From Utricularia gibba (Eukaryota; Plantae; Magnoliophyta): a stretch of 64,000 nt of DNA. Below, one piece after another: positions 11,517 through 27,419 of this stretch. Numbering within the stretch: the stretch's first letter is position 1; the number at the start of each line of letters is the position of its first letter. The notes under the pieces are model-generated. The model did no database searches and was not told where the DNA came from. It saw nothing but the letters and a program-made list of their open reading frames with translations. A program made the position numbers and the translations under genes. The stretch spans positions 868,001 to 932,000 of the forward strand of contig NEEC01000002.1 of NCBI GenBank assembly GCA_002189035.1, in the 5' to 3' direction.

Positions 11517-13703
11517 TTCACTCCCCAAAACTCGATCCTCCCTTCACCCTCTTCAAACCATAACCTCCCTCTCAATCCATGTGAAAACCCAGATAACGAT
11601 ACAGCACTCCAGTCCTCAGCAAAAGGGGATCGATCAGTAAACCTGGACAAAAACGGAGCTATGGCGAAGGAAAAAGACGAAGTTGCAGGTTAGCTAGCTA
11701 TTAATATGATGTGACTACAGGTTCCTGAGCGAAGAAGACGAAGAAGTAGTGGCAATATAGAAATTTATCATGAAAAGGATCTTGGTTTTTTCCCCTCGGC
11801 ATTCATGACGCAGATGGGTTGACCATCTCTGCCGTTGGATTCCAAAGTAGACCTCCCACCCACCGTCGGATCCAGCAGCAAAGTCCTTTTTCCCGAATGG
11901 CGACTATAAACCGATCAATAACTGAACCACATGTTAAAATCATGAGGTGTCTTTTATGCAAAGTAGGTATATTTTTTAATTTTTTATTCCTTTTTTTTTT
12001 ACAACAAAATCACAATTTCTTCACCCATAATGAAAAAGCCCATCATCCATTTATTATTTTGTTGAGTGTTAGGTTAGGGAGTAGGTCTTAGATGGACACG
12101 CTTAATTCGGATCCACCACACGGGTCGGGTCAACTTCTTACCTTTTGAATAATGAAGGCTAACAATTTTTTTTCCATTTTGACTGTGTTAAGAGAATTGG
12201 AGGATGGATATTTTTGCAAATAATATGAAAATAGTTTTGTTACTGCTTTTGTATAAAAAGAAACACGAATTTAGAAATATTGTTATTTTTATTTACAATT
12301 TATTAGTCTAATATGTTTTATTTAATCCATGTAATTCATATTTATATTAAATATTTTTCATTATAATTTATATTTAATACTTAAATCAGCACACTTTAGA
12401 AAGATATATGTTGGATGGTATCAACTGACAAATATTAATAAATATATCGAAATCTGGTGCTTAATAAGGATACATATATTTAAGAAATTTAATAATTTAT
12501 GAAATTAATCACATAATCTAAATTTACGATTTTATCACTTAACGATCAAAGATTAGAATTTTCAAAAATTATGAAAAGAGAACAAAGCCTAAATAAGATA
12601 AGATTTATGAAGAATTGAGATTGAGATTTGATATTCTTAAGATGGGTTTTATATATTGGAATCGTCATTTCACATCTTTTTATATAAATAAAAATATTTC
12701 TTATATTAACTATAATTCATCACCAAACACGTCCTAATAAATTTTCGAGTCGTTCTTACGTGTTGTTTGGATTGGATTTGATTTTTTTTTTTTTTTTTTT
12801 TGACTTGAGTCTTTAGATGGGATAGAGGTAAGAATTAGGAGTTAGGTGCAATAAATTTTTTATCCAAAGTCAACGTTTGCTTTACCTAACTAAAACGACG
12901 TGTTAGATTTTCTAATGAGGCTGCTCTAGGTCCAGGCGCGTCATTAAATTGGGGATCAAGAAACTAATGGAATCCGTTTGTTATAGTTGACTAAACGGAG
13001 CGCCTCATGATGGGCCTATTTTTGTACGGATAATAGGCCTTTGGGTTATTGTGGGGCGGCCCGACTCAGAGGCAAGGAAGCCTGGAATGGTAATGGGCCT
13101 TTGGTGCTATCGCCTGCACTGTTCCAGCGGAAATGGAGGACTGGGTCTACACTCGGAATTTAATGATCTTCGCTGGTTGGGTGATGTGATTGGGCGGAGT
13201 TTATCTGCGAAATTTCTGGGTTTTGGTTGGTTTAGTGAGTGCTTTGTGGGCTCGAAGCAAATCTACTCATTGTTTGATTTCTCTTTTCTTTTTTCCGATG
13301 CAATCAGTCTTTCTTCTTGAGTCAGTCGGTAGGTGCCATTTATGGAGAGAGATTGTGGGTTGGGGTGGGTCGTGTGTCCAGGCTGACCCACGAGCCAACC
13401 CTGACCAATGCAGCAGATGACCCAATGGGTCAGGCTCCAGGCCCAATTATGTGTTTATGTTAAAATGGTTTGCTGAAGATTCCGACATGGATGGCAAGCA
13501 TACTCCAAGAAATAACTGGACTAAATTGTTCAATCCGCGACGCGTGCCACTTGCATGCAATGAAACTGGAGTTGCAGACGAGAATGTTAAAGCGAAGTTG
13601 AAATCCGTGTCAATGGGAGCGCCACTTATTATTTATAAATCCGGATAATTTTGACAGTCATTGCGAGACGACAACAAACTTTGGATTCTCAGCAGCGGTT
13701 TCA

Positions 13704-14139
13704 TCAGCGGTGCAGCCTGCAGGGTTAAGGAGATTAGGCGGGTGGGATTCTGTACCAAGCAACCAGAAAATGGTGTCTGAGGCAAGGCGACTTACGTGGA
13801 GCAGTCGAGTGACGGCGTGTACTTGTACGGAAATGGGATCTGGCATTTGGAGGGGAGGCCGTTCACCAAATTGGGGTTGGCGCCAAGTGCGGGAACAAGA
13901 GCTTTAACGCATCTACAAGCAGCCTGGAGGTCAGGCGTGGTTTGTGTTGCGGCATTCAGTCGCTTCAGGGCGTCGCAGCAGGTGATCGGCAAGCTGCCGC
14001 CGTTTCGGACGTATCCGACGCAGGGTGTTAGAGCTGCTACGACACCTCCGCAAGTGACGGCCCCCTCGGCCGGAGCCGCCCTCACCGCCAGGCAAAGAAC
14101 CACAACGACCGACCCAATGAAGCCCAACGTACGCGCCAT
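13704..14139 (-). CDS. LTP: Non-specific lipid transfer protein type 1, join(13796..14139, 13704..13716)
   Basis: Signal peptide plus eight-Cys motif (C-C-CC-CxC-C-C). An intron lies 5 nt after the last Cys codon (GTAAGT at 13795, CTGCAG at 13717), giving ...DCSTLHR*, the typical type-1 nsLTP structure. Confidence 0.95.
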
Positions 14140-17100
14140 GATCCACGTATTCTTGGAGTTCGAGTGGGAAGAAGACTGGTGCTTTATAGAGAAAAAAAAA
14201 TACATGCATACACGTAGGGTTTCGTTTCATTTCCGAAGCTTGTGATTCACGTGGTGTATACCAGTAGGAGAGTAGTGTGCTCAGACAAGTGCCATAGCTA
14301 GTTGTCTCTATGCTCACCATATGCTGCAACTAACCTTATTTCGATCACGGTCGCATATTTATGGCCTTCCAATCCACAAGTACATGTTTTAATGACTGAA
14401 AGGCTGGTGGATGTACTACAAGGTGCCTGTGCGGTGCTCCCTCCTCATCAGCATTCAGCACCACAACTGCAACCTTGACAAAATCAATGCTCGTCGCGTT
14501 CTTGTTCTTTTCTTGCATTAAATGCGTGCTGTAGTAGGTTTCTTTCCTTTCCCGTCTTGTCGTCTCTTGCATCCTGTTGTGACTCTGTAGAGATACTGCA
14601 CGGATTCTGTAATAATTAAAAAAAAAAAAGGCATGTGGGAGAAGAAGCGGGTCAGCGAGCACAATACCCACCCATTGCCACTAGCTCTTTCAAAAGCGAA
14701 ACCAAGACAACCATTTCCTTGTCTGAACACCTCACGAAGGGGAACTATCGGTGGAAGATGGTGCATCACTACCGGTAAGAGAAATTGGGAAACAGTGTTG
14801 GAAATAGGAATTGGTTAGGATAATAGTTGTTTTTTTTATGGTAGATATTACACAAGTCATAGTTCGATTTATTTTATTTTTAATTTAGGTCAATGCAACT
14901 CTTCTTATGTTTTTTTTTTCTAATTGAAACGAAGATCCATATGAACCCAATTATTTCAGAAGCCCAGTCAGTTGGACCCAAATCCAGTAGCAACCACATT
15001 TTTTTAATTGAGAAAATATATAAAAAATACCACATTTATTTAACTAAATAATTAAAAGCAATCATTATTATTATTATTGAAAACATTCCATTGGTTGGTT
15101 TTCACCTTAATAAATTATTCTTTTTTTAATTTGAAGCGATGCTTTGCAAGGACCACAATTAATATTATTACTGTTTCTTTTCGTGTAGAAAACAAACAAC
15201 TTTGTGTTGAATGCTGTTACTGAAAATACAAAAGCAATGATTTTGTGAATGATGGATTCATGGCGAATGCTCCTGGTTGACGGAAAAGACCACGAGAACA
15301 GATCTCAGGGGCAGCGCTGTTGCAGAATGATTGATGGTTGTTAGGAAGCGTCCATCAATCAATCCTTCTTCCACTGCTCACGGGTCGCCCCCTTTCCTCC
15401 TCTCCCTCTCCGCTGCAACAACACTCCTCCCACCGACGTTCCGGTGGAGCTTATCGATCGCCGGCGGCGCGGCGCACCGTCCACCTCAGAAACAGAACCG
15501 GAAGCTCTGAAGAGTAGAGTTGGACAGCCCACCAAACTTGGAGTAGTCCGTGCGTGAGGCAAGGACATGGAGGTACGCTGGCAATTGGACGGGTCTCCCT
15601 CCTTCCTCCGCTTGGTCTACCTTATCGCTGAAGAATGCATGCCCCAAACCAATGGCCCAGATTTGAATCCTTCCATTTCCATTATTGCGACACGACTTGC
15701 GAAGATGCCGTGAGGGAGATATCCCCAAGGATGCACTTGATCATACCTAGACTTACCTCATCGGGTCATTTCTTGGTCGAACAACTCATTCCTCGTAAAT
15801 TTGAACCCTAAAACACACTTGTAGTAGTATTAAAGTAAAGAATCTCAACCCAAAAATTAACATATGTTTGGAACAGCTTTTAAAAATAACTCTACAAAAA
15901 TTGATTCTATATATTTAAGAAGCATTTTAATTTTTATTAGAATAGGATTACCTTAACTTCTTAAAAAAATTGAAACATTTCATTATTCCAACTCAATATG
16001 GAGCAGAAACAACACATGTTTTGTCTAAGAATTAATTTTAAAAATACTGTTATTGAAGTTGAGATTACACCAAATAAACTATTAGAATAACATAATTAAA
16101 CATATAGAATATTATGAATTAATTATAAATTTACGTTTATTATATATGTAAATTTTAATTATATGTTTGATTTCATTGATTGGATCTTTAAATTCAATAT
16201 GATATTATAACGACATGATTCAAGTACATAAAAAAATTAATTGGATTTAAATATTTCTAACATGATACAAGTTTATATGAGTAATTTATCTCCGCCACAC
16301 CGATTGACCTATTGAATACTTGTGTGTGTGTGTCTCCTCCGTCGTGCGGACATGTCGTCTGACGGTGGAGCTCGGTATCCGGGCGGCCGGAGGGGTGGGC
16401 CGAGCAATAAAATAAAATAAAATAAATGGTAGGGGTGACGATAATGAAGCAGTACGGATTCGCTGGATGCCGCTGCCTTTGTGTGGAGCATGGAGAGTGG
16501 AGAATCTAAAATAAATCTGTGTGCCTATTTTAATTATCAAAATCATTATTGTCCTCGTGTGGTCCGCTCTACTTCTTCTCCTCCTCCTCCGCCGACACTT
16601 TCCACCGCCCTCACGTGCCGTTTGACCGGAGCCCCCGCGGCGGTGCCCACCTCACCACCCCCCGTAAAAAAAAAAAAAAAACCCTTCTTCGTTTCCCAGT
16701 CAGTATCCGATCGGATCCGATCGGACGGCGAACCTTACGTCACGGGAGATGCCGATACCCTTAGCCTGAGAGAGAGTGAAGAGGCAGGGGCCATTGGGGG
16801 AGTGGGTCGGGGGTGCGGTGTCCGTGTCCGACACAACAAACAGTGGTGATAAAGAAAGGATCAGTGTGCGAAAACGACGTCCATGGAACCCAGTCAAAAA
16901 ATGAAACGCATAAACCCATATTTATTGCTTGTCTTCACCAACACTGCTGCTGCTACTGCGGTGGAAATTTATTTTTTTCCAGAAAATTAATTCCCATTTT
17001 TAAGGAAATTATTACAATAAAATATATCATTTAATTGTAATAATAAAAGAATATTTAATGTAATTACAGTACTTAAGTAGTAATCTCCTCCCGACCGGAA

Positions 17101-17339
17101 CAGCCTTTCATCAAATCGGCTGTCGCATCGGCGTCTCGATTTCTCGCGAGTAGATGCGGCCGGGTTTTTCACACCCGTGAACCGGTAATTTTTTTTTTTT
17201 CATTCTACCAGGAAAAAAAAATTAAAAAAATGTGTTTCTTGAAGAAGAAAGCAGAGGAAATATTCTTATTTATGAGAATCTACATAGGATACCCTAATTT
17301 GACCACAATAGCCCCGAAAAACGATGGATGTGGCGAAAA

Positions 17340-18331
17340 CTAAGGTACACGGGGAGGGGCAATAAAGTCAACCCAAAGTTGCTTGAACACACTGATGATG
17401 AGATCATGGTACTCGGCGGAGTTCAACGACAAGTAGCACCCGAGAAGCTCCTCCAGGTCCTTGGAGTCCTTTAGATTGTTCTCCACCATCATCTCCAACA
17501 TGGATTCCATGAAATCCCGCCGGGATCCCTGGAGCTTTTCACCACCGCCACGCCTCGCCGCCGGGCGCCCATCCTCGGCGAGTTTACACGGAGTTTGAGG
17601 CCTCCCGCTGCGGAGATTCTCCTGAGGGAGTTCGTGCCGGCGGTGGCGGGGGGCTCCCCGGCAGATGGTTTGTCTTGGTGACAATAGGATGGAGGCACCT
17701 AAGGTAAACAATGTGGGGGCATGGGAGCCCATTATTGGGGTTAGAGATAACATTTTTAAGTATTAATAATTAGAGTAATTAATGTGCACCTATTTGGTTT
17801 TAAAATAATTAAAAAATGATCATGTTTTTGTTGACTTTAACCCGTATTAATTGTTTGTTAAATGCAAATTAGACTCATAAAACACAGACTAATACCTTTC
17901 AAATTCACGGGCTTTAGTGCCGGGGAGCGGCGGCGATGTGGAGGGTTGAGGGGACGAGAATTCGGGGTCACGGGTTCAGGGGCGGCGCGGCGGCAGCTGT
18001 TAGAAGGGGTCGCCGTGATGGGTCTCCGCGATCTGCTGCGCCGCCTTTTGGAGGACCGTCGCGGGGGCTGAAGGGATGAGTGCTGGTCCGAAAGTCGGGT
18101 GAAGTAGTAAGATTTCCTCCGTTCGGAGGGGAGGAGACTTGGGGTAGGAGCAGAGAGGGATGATGAGGAGAGTGTGGAAGAAGATGAGGAAGACCAGGAA
18201 GACTGGAATGAAGACTGCGACAGAGAGTTCGAGGATTGCTTGCTGCCGGTTCTGCGCTTCACCATTTCCCGGAGCTTGAAGAACCAGGCCGCCGGAATGA
18301 ATTGGGATAACCTGAACCTGCGATTCCCCAT
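17340..18331 (-). CDS. OFP: OVATE family transcriptional repressor (OFP1-like), two exons (intron 17699-17895), carrying three internal -1 indels
   Basis: N-terminal [32 protein letters not shown] motif, AVVKSSRDP and [15 protein letters not shown]...[18 protein letters not shown] domain. The conserved motifs fall in three different frames. Confidence 0.9.
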
Positions 18332-19023
18332 CGATGATCCAATGCCGGTATATTTTCCTCGGACAAGTAGAAAAGAGCGAAGGGGATTCTCGGGTTTTAT
18401 ATAGGAAAAATTTGTACAGTGAGGGCAAAATAGTCAACTCATACTCAACTTTTTCCTTTTTTATTTTTTTGCACTAATGTTAAATGTGAGACTATAATAA
18501 TATTTCATATATTATATAAAGGCTGGAAATTAGAAAATGTAGTACTATCTAAAAGAAGATAAATTAATATATTAAATAATAATTCGGCCAAGCTGCCATC
18601 TTCTGTGTGGGCCATGAGCCCAACACGTCATCTTTTTAACCGAGCCTGATGGGCTTTTTAATGGGTTGGGTTCATAGTAAATCGGAAGCCGGCCGGGTTT
18701 CGTCGGAGTTCCCGCAGCTCAGCCGGGTCAGTGGACGGCAAAACTCGTCGGATACCTGGGTGGTTCCCGCGATGCCCCTCCACTAAGGGGAAGCGTTCGA
18801 AGCTCCATGCTCTTTTGTTGAACGAAACTGGAAAACAGATGATTTTGTATGTAACAATGAAACTGATGAGCAGGTGGGGGATACGTAATACGTTAACTTA
18901 ACAAGCAATTTCTTACCATTACATATCACACGACGGCCGGTCGGAGAGACGCGAGCCGAAAGCAGAGGACACGCAACAAACACTAGGTGAAAGAGGGTTG
19001 GTTATAGCAACAGTCATTACCTT

Positions 19024-20785
19024 TTATGAGTTGCTACAGAGAATGGGTGCACACTGCTTCTTCTTTTTCTTCTTGTTCTGTTTAGATATGAGGAGTGTGA
19101 TCCTGGAAAAGGCGAACTTCTTTCTCTTCGCTGGGAGTTTCTTGATTTCTCCTGAGTTCTCAGTCGAGCTTTTATCTGGTCGACTCAGCATTCGGGCAAG
19201 AGAAACCTTGTGCTTGCCAGTGTGATCCTCGGATGTACCATGTTCTCGTACTCTTCGGTTAGAAGCAGCTTCCTGCTGAGTATTTGGCCGATTGATAGAG
19301 TTGGTTTCAGGACAGGTTTTGGCTCATCATCGACAAGAGGGTCCGGATCCTTTACGTCAGCTAGAATTGTGTCTCTTCTGTGGGCCGATGGATGAGGATT
19401 CTTGAATTTCGAGGAATTGTGAACCGAGCGGCGTTTATGTCCATGTTCAGATCTCCATTTCCTCAGTGCTTCTTCAACTGCAACTTTGCCTCTGTTTGCT
19501 TCTTCTACTCTGCGTAGTACTTCTTCCAAGGCCATTTTACTGATCTTCACTTCTTCCTTGGCTTCTTCAACCTTTCTCAGTATTTCTGCCTTCGAAACCT
19601 GGGCATCATCTAGATCCTGCATTGCTTCCCGGACTCCATCCTTCAATGCTTGCTCTGCTTTACTGGCTTTAGTGACTAAGGATGAGTATTCCTTGAAACT
19701 AAGAGTGACATTTCCGGATTTTTTCTTGTCAACACCAGAGATAGCTCTGATTTCCGCTAGTGCTAGAGCTTCAGATGCTTTTGCTGCTTCCTTCATTTTC
19801 ATAGCAGCAACTAACCGGATCTCAGCCATCCGAATCCTCGATGTAGTATGTTCAATATCAGAGATCGCCCTTTCAACCTCATACCTTGCAGCTTCTGCTA
19901 CCTTCTTAAACTGTTCAGCCTCAGAGGTTAACTCCATTAGCTCCCTTGCGATACAGGCTGGTTCACTGGAAACAACTTCAACTTCCTTGCTGTCTTTAAC
20001 AAGCTCCAGCTTCTGCTTTGTTTGATTTAGTTCCTCCTCCAAACTAGCAGCTTTGGCAGCACTAGAAGCCAGGCGTTGACGAGTCTTTTCAAGAGATAGT
20101 CGCTCTTTCTCGATTTTCTTCTTGTATGCATCAACCGTGGTCCGGATTCCAGTAAGATCATCAGTAGTTTTCTCTAAATTCAACTTGGCCTGTTTCAGTT
20201 CCTGAAGAACGAATTCAGGTGCATCAGTGGGAGGAGCACAATCATCTCCTGCACCCGGCTCCCTTTCAGGACACTTTTCAACACAAGTTGCATCATTAAT
20301 CTGAGGGTTTTCAGCTTGATACTGAAGCTTTAGCTTGAGTTCTTCAACAGTGTTTTTCGTAGCTTCAAGCTCCTTCAACACCTCAAGAGTTTCCCTTTCT
20401 TTCACTGCGAGTTCTCTTCGCAGTTCTGCAGCCTGTTCCTCCATGTTAATAACATCAACCATTTCACAGTGCCCCTGCCAGAGGAAAAACTAGCCTCACA
20501 CATTGATCCAATTTCTAGATACAAAACCACCCAAACTGCACGGGGAAAACGCTATACCCAGAAAGGGGAGGGGGATGTGGGCAGGAAGGAACACAGTAGA
20601 TTTCTACCCACCTCGGTCTCCGTCGGTGCCGCCGCGTTCTCCCAAGACTCCTGCGAAATGGGTTTCCAGAAACCCATTCCCCCGAACCGATTCGCCGCCT
20701 CCTTCACCGAATCGAACGGCGAAGAGTCGATTTCAGCCCGCCCAGAACCATGGGCTTGCCGGATTTCACAACCATCACTCGCCAT
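19024..20785 (-). CDS. WEB family coiled-coil protein, exons 20612..20785 and 19024..20474, with a -1 frameshift near 19238
   Basis: EIDSSPFDSVKEAANRFGGMGFWKP N-terminal signature, long heptad coiled coil and LKPTLSIGQILSRKLLL. The family C-terminus (KVSLARML...PAKRKKFAF...KQNKKKKK) is present in a shifted frame ending TAA at 19024. Confidence 0.9.
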
Positions 20786-21486
20786 TTTCGAACACACAAA
20801 AAGTAGGAGAAAAAGGGTGCGTCACAACGGCATTTCCAGAGCGGAAAACTGAAGAAAAGCAACGCTTAAACTTGTCAAGATCGCTGATAGAGTACTAGAG
20901 AGAAATGCAGGTGGCCACTTTCAGCTCCTTCTATTCCCCAAAAAGCGAAGCCATAAATACTGACGGAGAATTAATACATTCAAAACTCAAAAAGCCCCAG
21001 CCTTACATCCAGTGCAGCGAATCTTCTTCCACTTTCAACTCAACAAAGCAAAGCAACAATAATTCCTACTTCTGCAATTAAAAATCCAGTCTTTACTTTC
21101 TTGCTGACCGTTGCCCACCCCGTTTTGAAATATAGCCGTTACTCCCAAGATCAAAGACTCCTATTCATTCCCAAATTCAATTTAAATCTTAAAATCTTTT
21201 ATGCATATTGATTTTTATTTTAAAATATAATTAAAAATTATTCCACATATTATATAAATACATGTGACTGGAATATATATTATATTATAACATAGATGTG
21301 TAGTGAATAATGAAATTGTTTTTTTATATTATGGAAGGATTGCATGGAAATTACAAATTCAATCATTTTTTTAATTAAAATTGCCCCAAAATAAACATAC
21401 AGGAAATTACAATTCAAGAAATGGGATTTTGAATGGAATTTAAAGAATAAAAAAATAATAAATGGAGTGAAGAATAAAGTGTGGCA

Positions 21487-22620
<1,134 letters not shown>

Positions 22621-22714
22621 TGGATCAAGCACCCAGTTGTTTAGGGTTTTTCTTCACTTCAAGGCTTGTTGCCGATGGCGGTGGTGGTGGCTCCGGACAA
22701 CGAACCGCCGCGGG

Positions 22715-22722
22715 TATTTATA
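22715..22722 (-). promoter_or_regulatory. TATA box of peroxidase A
   Basis: CTATAAATAC on the minus strand ~95 bp upstream of the ATG; equivalent boxes precede all four peroxidases. Confidence 0.6.
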
Positions 22723-23893
22723 GTTCAGGAGGATGGAGTCTCACTCATTTTCTGTAAGAAATTTCAACACGATTATGCACCAACTATTCAAAAAACGGCG
22801 CACTCTCATGCAATTAACAACATAAATTAAATCCTTTTTGAAAAAAAATATAATATTTGCAAATTCTGATAAGGTTCGATTCTTTTGATTAGGGAGAATT
22901 TTTTTCTTGTTTTAAACAAAATTTTGAATTTATTAATTATTGATAAATAAATAAATATATATATATATATATAAATGTTCGCCAGCTTGCTTTTGAGGAC
23001 GCGCTGTTGAACAATGACGACCGCTGACTGAAGTAATTTTGACGAATGTTGGGTTTTAATTCTATGTGCTTGTGATTACATTTTCTAACTATGGGTGATT
23101 GAGCAGTTTTTTAATAAAATATTGAGTTTATAATAATTAAATATTAATAAATAGTTTTGATCTCTGGTGGACGGATTAGATAAGGATGTATTAGATTTTA
23201 ATTAACGGTAAATTTAAATTAGTTATATTTAAATGACCGCATATGATTATTGAGAGTATGTTTTATAAAAAGGATTAAAAATTATATTTAAAATATTATT
23301 GTATTTTAATGTGTTAATTTAAAATATATAAACTATATTTGATACATAAATTTCTCGAATATATGTATAAAATAATATTATATTTAATACATATGTTTAA
23401 TATATATATAAAATAAATATCAATACTCAAAAATTCATATATTATAACATTGTTGAATGAATCATAAAAAAAACCTAAAAAACACGCTTGAGTCCTCATA
23501 AAATTTAGAAGTTGAAATGGACGGGATTGTGTGATAAACAAGACTTATGGGGCGATATTGAAATATTAGGTAAAAGTTCCAAGTCTCCAGCTGTGATGAT
23601 CAATCACTCAGTCAAAGACGCGGACAGGGACCCATCCAAAACCCAAATACGACGTCGTTTCCTGGAACCCACACGCCTCCGAGAATCTTTGCATGCAGTG
23701 GCTTTCCCATTAGCTATGTTGTGTTTTTTAACAAAGTAAAGGCGAGCATGAATCATTAGTGTTGTAAAAAAACATCAGTTCTGTCAGTTTTACGCCTTGA
23801 ATACAATGACCGGGCTAGGTTTTCACCTGCAAGACTTGCCCCAGATTCAGAAGATTGACTGTGAAAAGCTAGTTAGTGATTTGTGATTGTATT

Positions 23894-24036
23894 TTACAGT
23901 ATAAAAAAAGCGAGATTCCCACCAGGTGAATGTTCATACTTCAGCAAAAGGAGCAAAAAGCTTATGTTACAGTATCAAAAAGAGCGAGATTCCCACCAAG
24001 AGAATGTTCATACTTGGGCAAAATGAACAAAAAGTT
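23894..24036. repeat. Two-copy ~73-bp imperfect tandem repeat in the peroxidase B promoter
   Basis: ttacagtat...gcgagattcccacca..gaatgttcatactt...gcaaaa..caaaaag occurs at 23894 and 23967. Confidence 0.85.
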
Positions 24037-24123
24037 TAAAGCAGAAGACATTTCTATCTTGACTGAAGAAAATTGAAAAGTATATGTGATGTGAATCTCT
24101 TGTTTTGAAGCTCCATCCTCGCC

Positions 24124-24131
24124 TATAAATA
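24124..24131 (+). promoter_or_regulatory. TATA box of peroxidase B
   Basis: CCTATAAATACC ~80 bp upstream of ATG 24207. Confidence 0.65.
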
Positions 24132-24206
24132 CCGTTGCTACTGAATTGTTGGAATCCACCAAGAACCTAGAGAAGGAGAACCATAAGATATACTTCTGTT
24201 CCAACA

Positions 24207-25410
<1,204 letters not shown>

Positions 25411-26210
25411 TCAACCCATTATTCCATGAAGTTGCATTTCCCTCGTCTCCAGTTTCCTCAGTCAGTCAGTCGTCACCTCCGAATTGTCTAGTTCCCATTC
25501 ATTCTTAAACACGTGTTCATTTTCATGCCTCCCCATTTTTGCAAAATAAATATTATGAAATTATAAAAAACCAATCATTAAATCAAAATTAAAATTTTAA
25601 ATTCTACGTTTTAAAAAAAATAACCATGAAGTGACCGTACCAATGAATGCACCAAATTAGAAGCCCTAGTACAATTGAGGGCCTAAATGTGAAAATTGTA
25701 GTAAAACAAGGACCAGATTGTAGTAAACGGAAACATCAGGGGAGGGATTGAAAAGCGAAGTAATTCTTCTAAAAATAATAATAAAAAAGAGACACCCAAA
25801 CATATGTATATTAATAATTACGTTTATTTAATCACATTTATCAAAATTCATTTCTCATAAAAATTTTCTTAATTTAACTTTATTTCCTTTTTCAACATAT
25901 GATAGTGTTGTGACCCATTTCGTACTGATCAGAACTTATCAATTTCATTGAAATGAAGTTTTGTAAACCATGGTTCAATGTTAAATTCAGTTCAAAACCA
26001 GAATAATAAATCTTGAATTGAATCAAAATCAGAACGGAATCGTTGTTTCGATTCGAAACGAAAATAATAAAGAAAATATCACACTAATTTAATGAATTAC
26101 ATTATTGACTTGAGATTTTTTTGAATAGATCATAACAATGCACATTTGTTGAGAATGAGAAGAATATGATGACTGCACTTTGATAAAGGGATTATTCTGT
26201 GAACCGAGGA

Positions 26211-27419
<1,209 letters not shown>

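Noticed and set aside
12782-12801. Poly-T run; also (TA)n near 22955 and 57800, and (TG)n near 16320
   Set aside because: Ordinary low-complexity microsatellites; no associated retrocopy or TSD.
13357-13435. Short hairpins (gggttgg..gtgggtc / gacccac..ccaaccc; gacccaatgggtc)
   Set aside because: Stem of ~15 bp is too short for a miRNA precursor; probably a MITE remnant or chance.
19486-20025. 179-aa plus-strand Ser/Leu-rich ORF
   Set aside because: Typical antisense frame of an E/K/A-rich coiled-coil gene.
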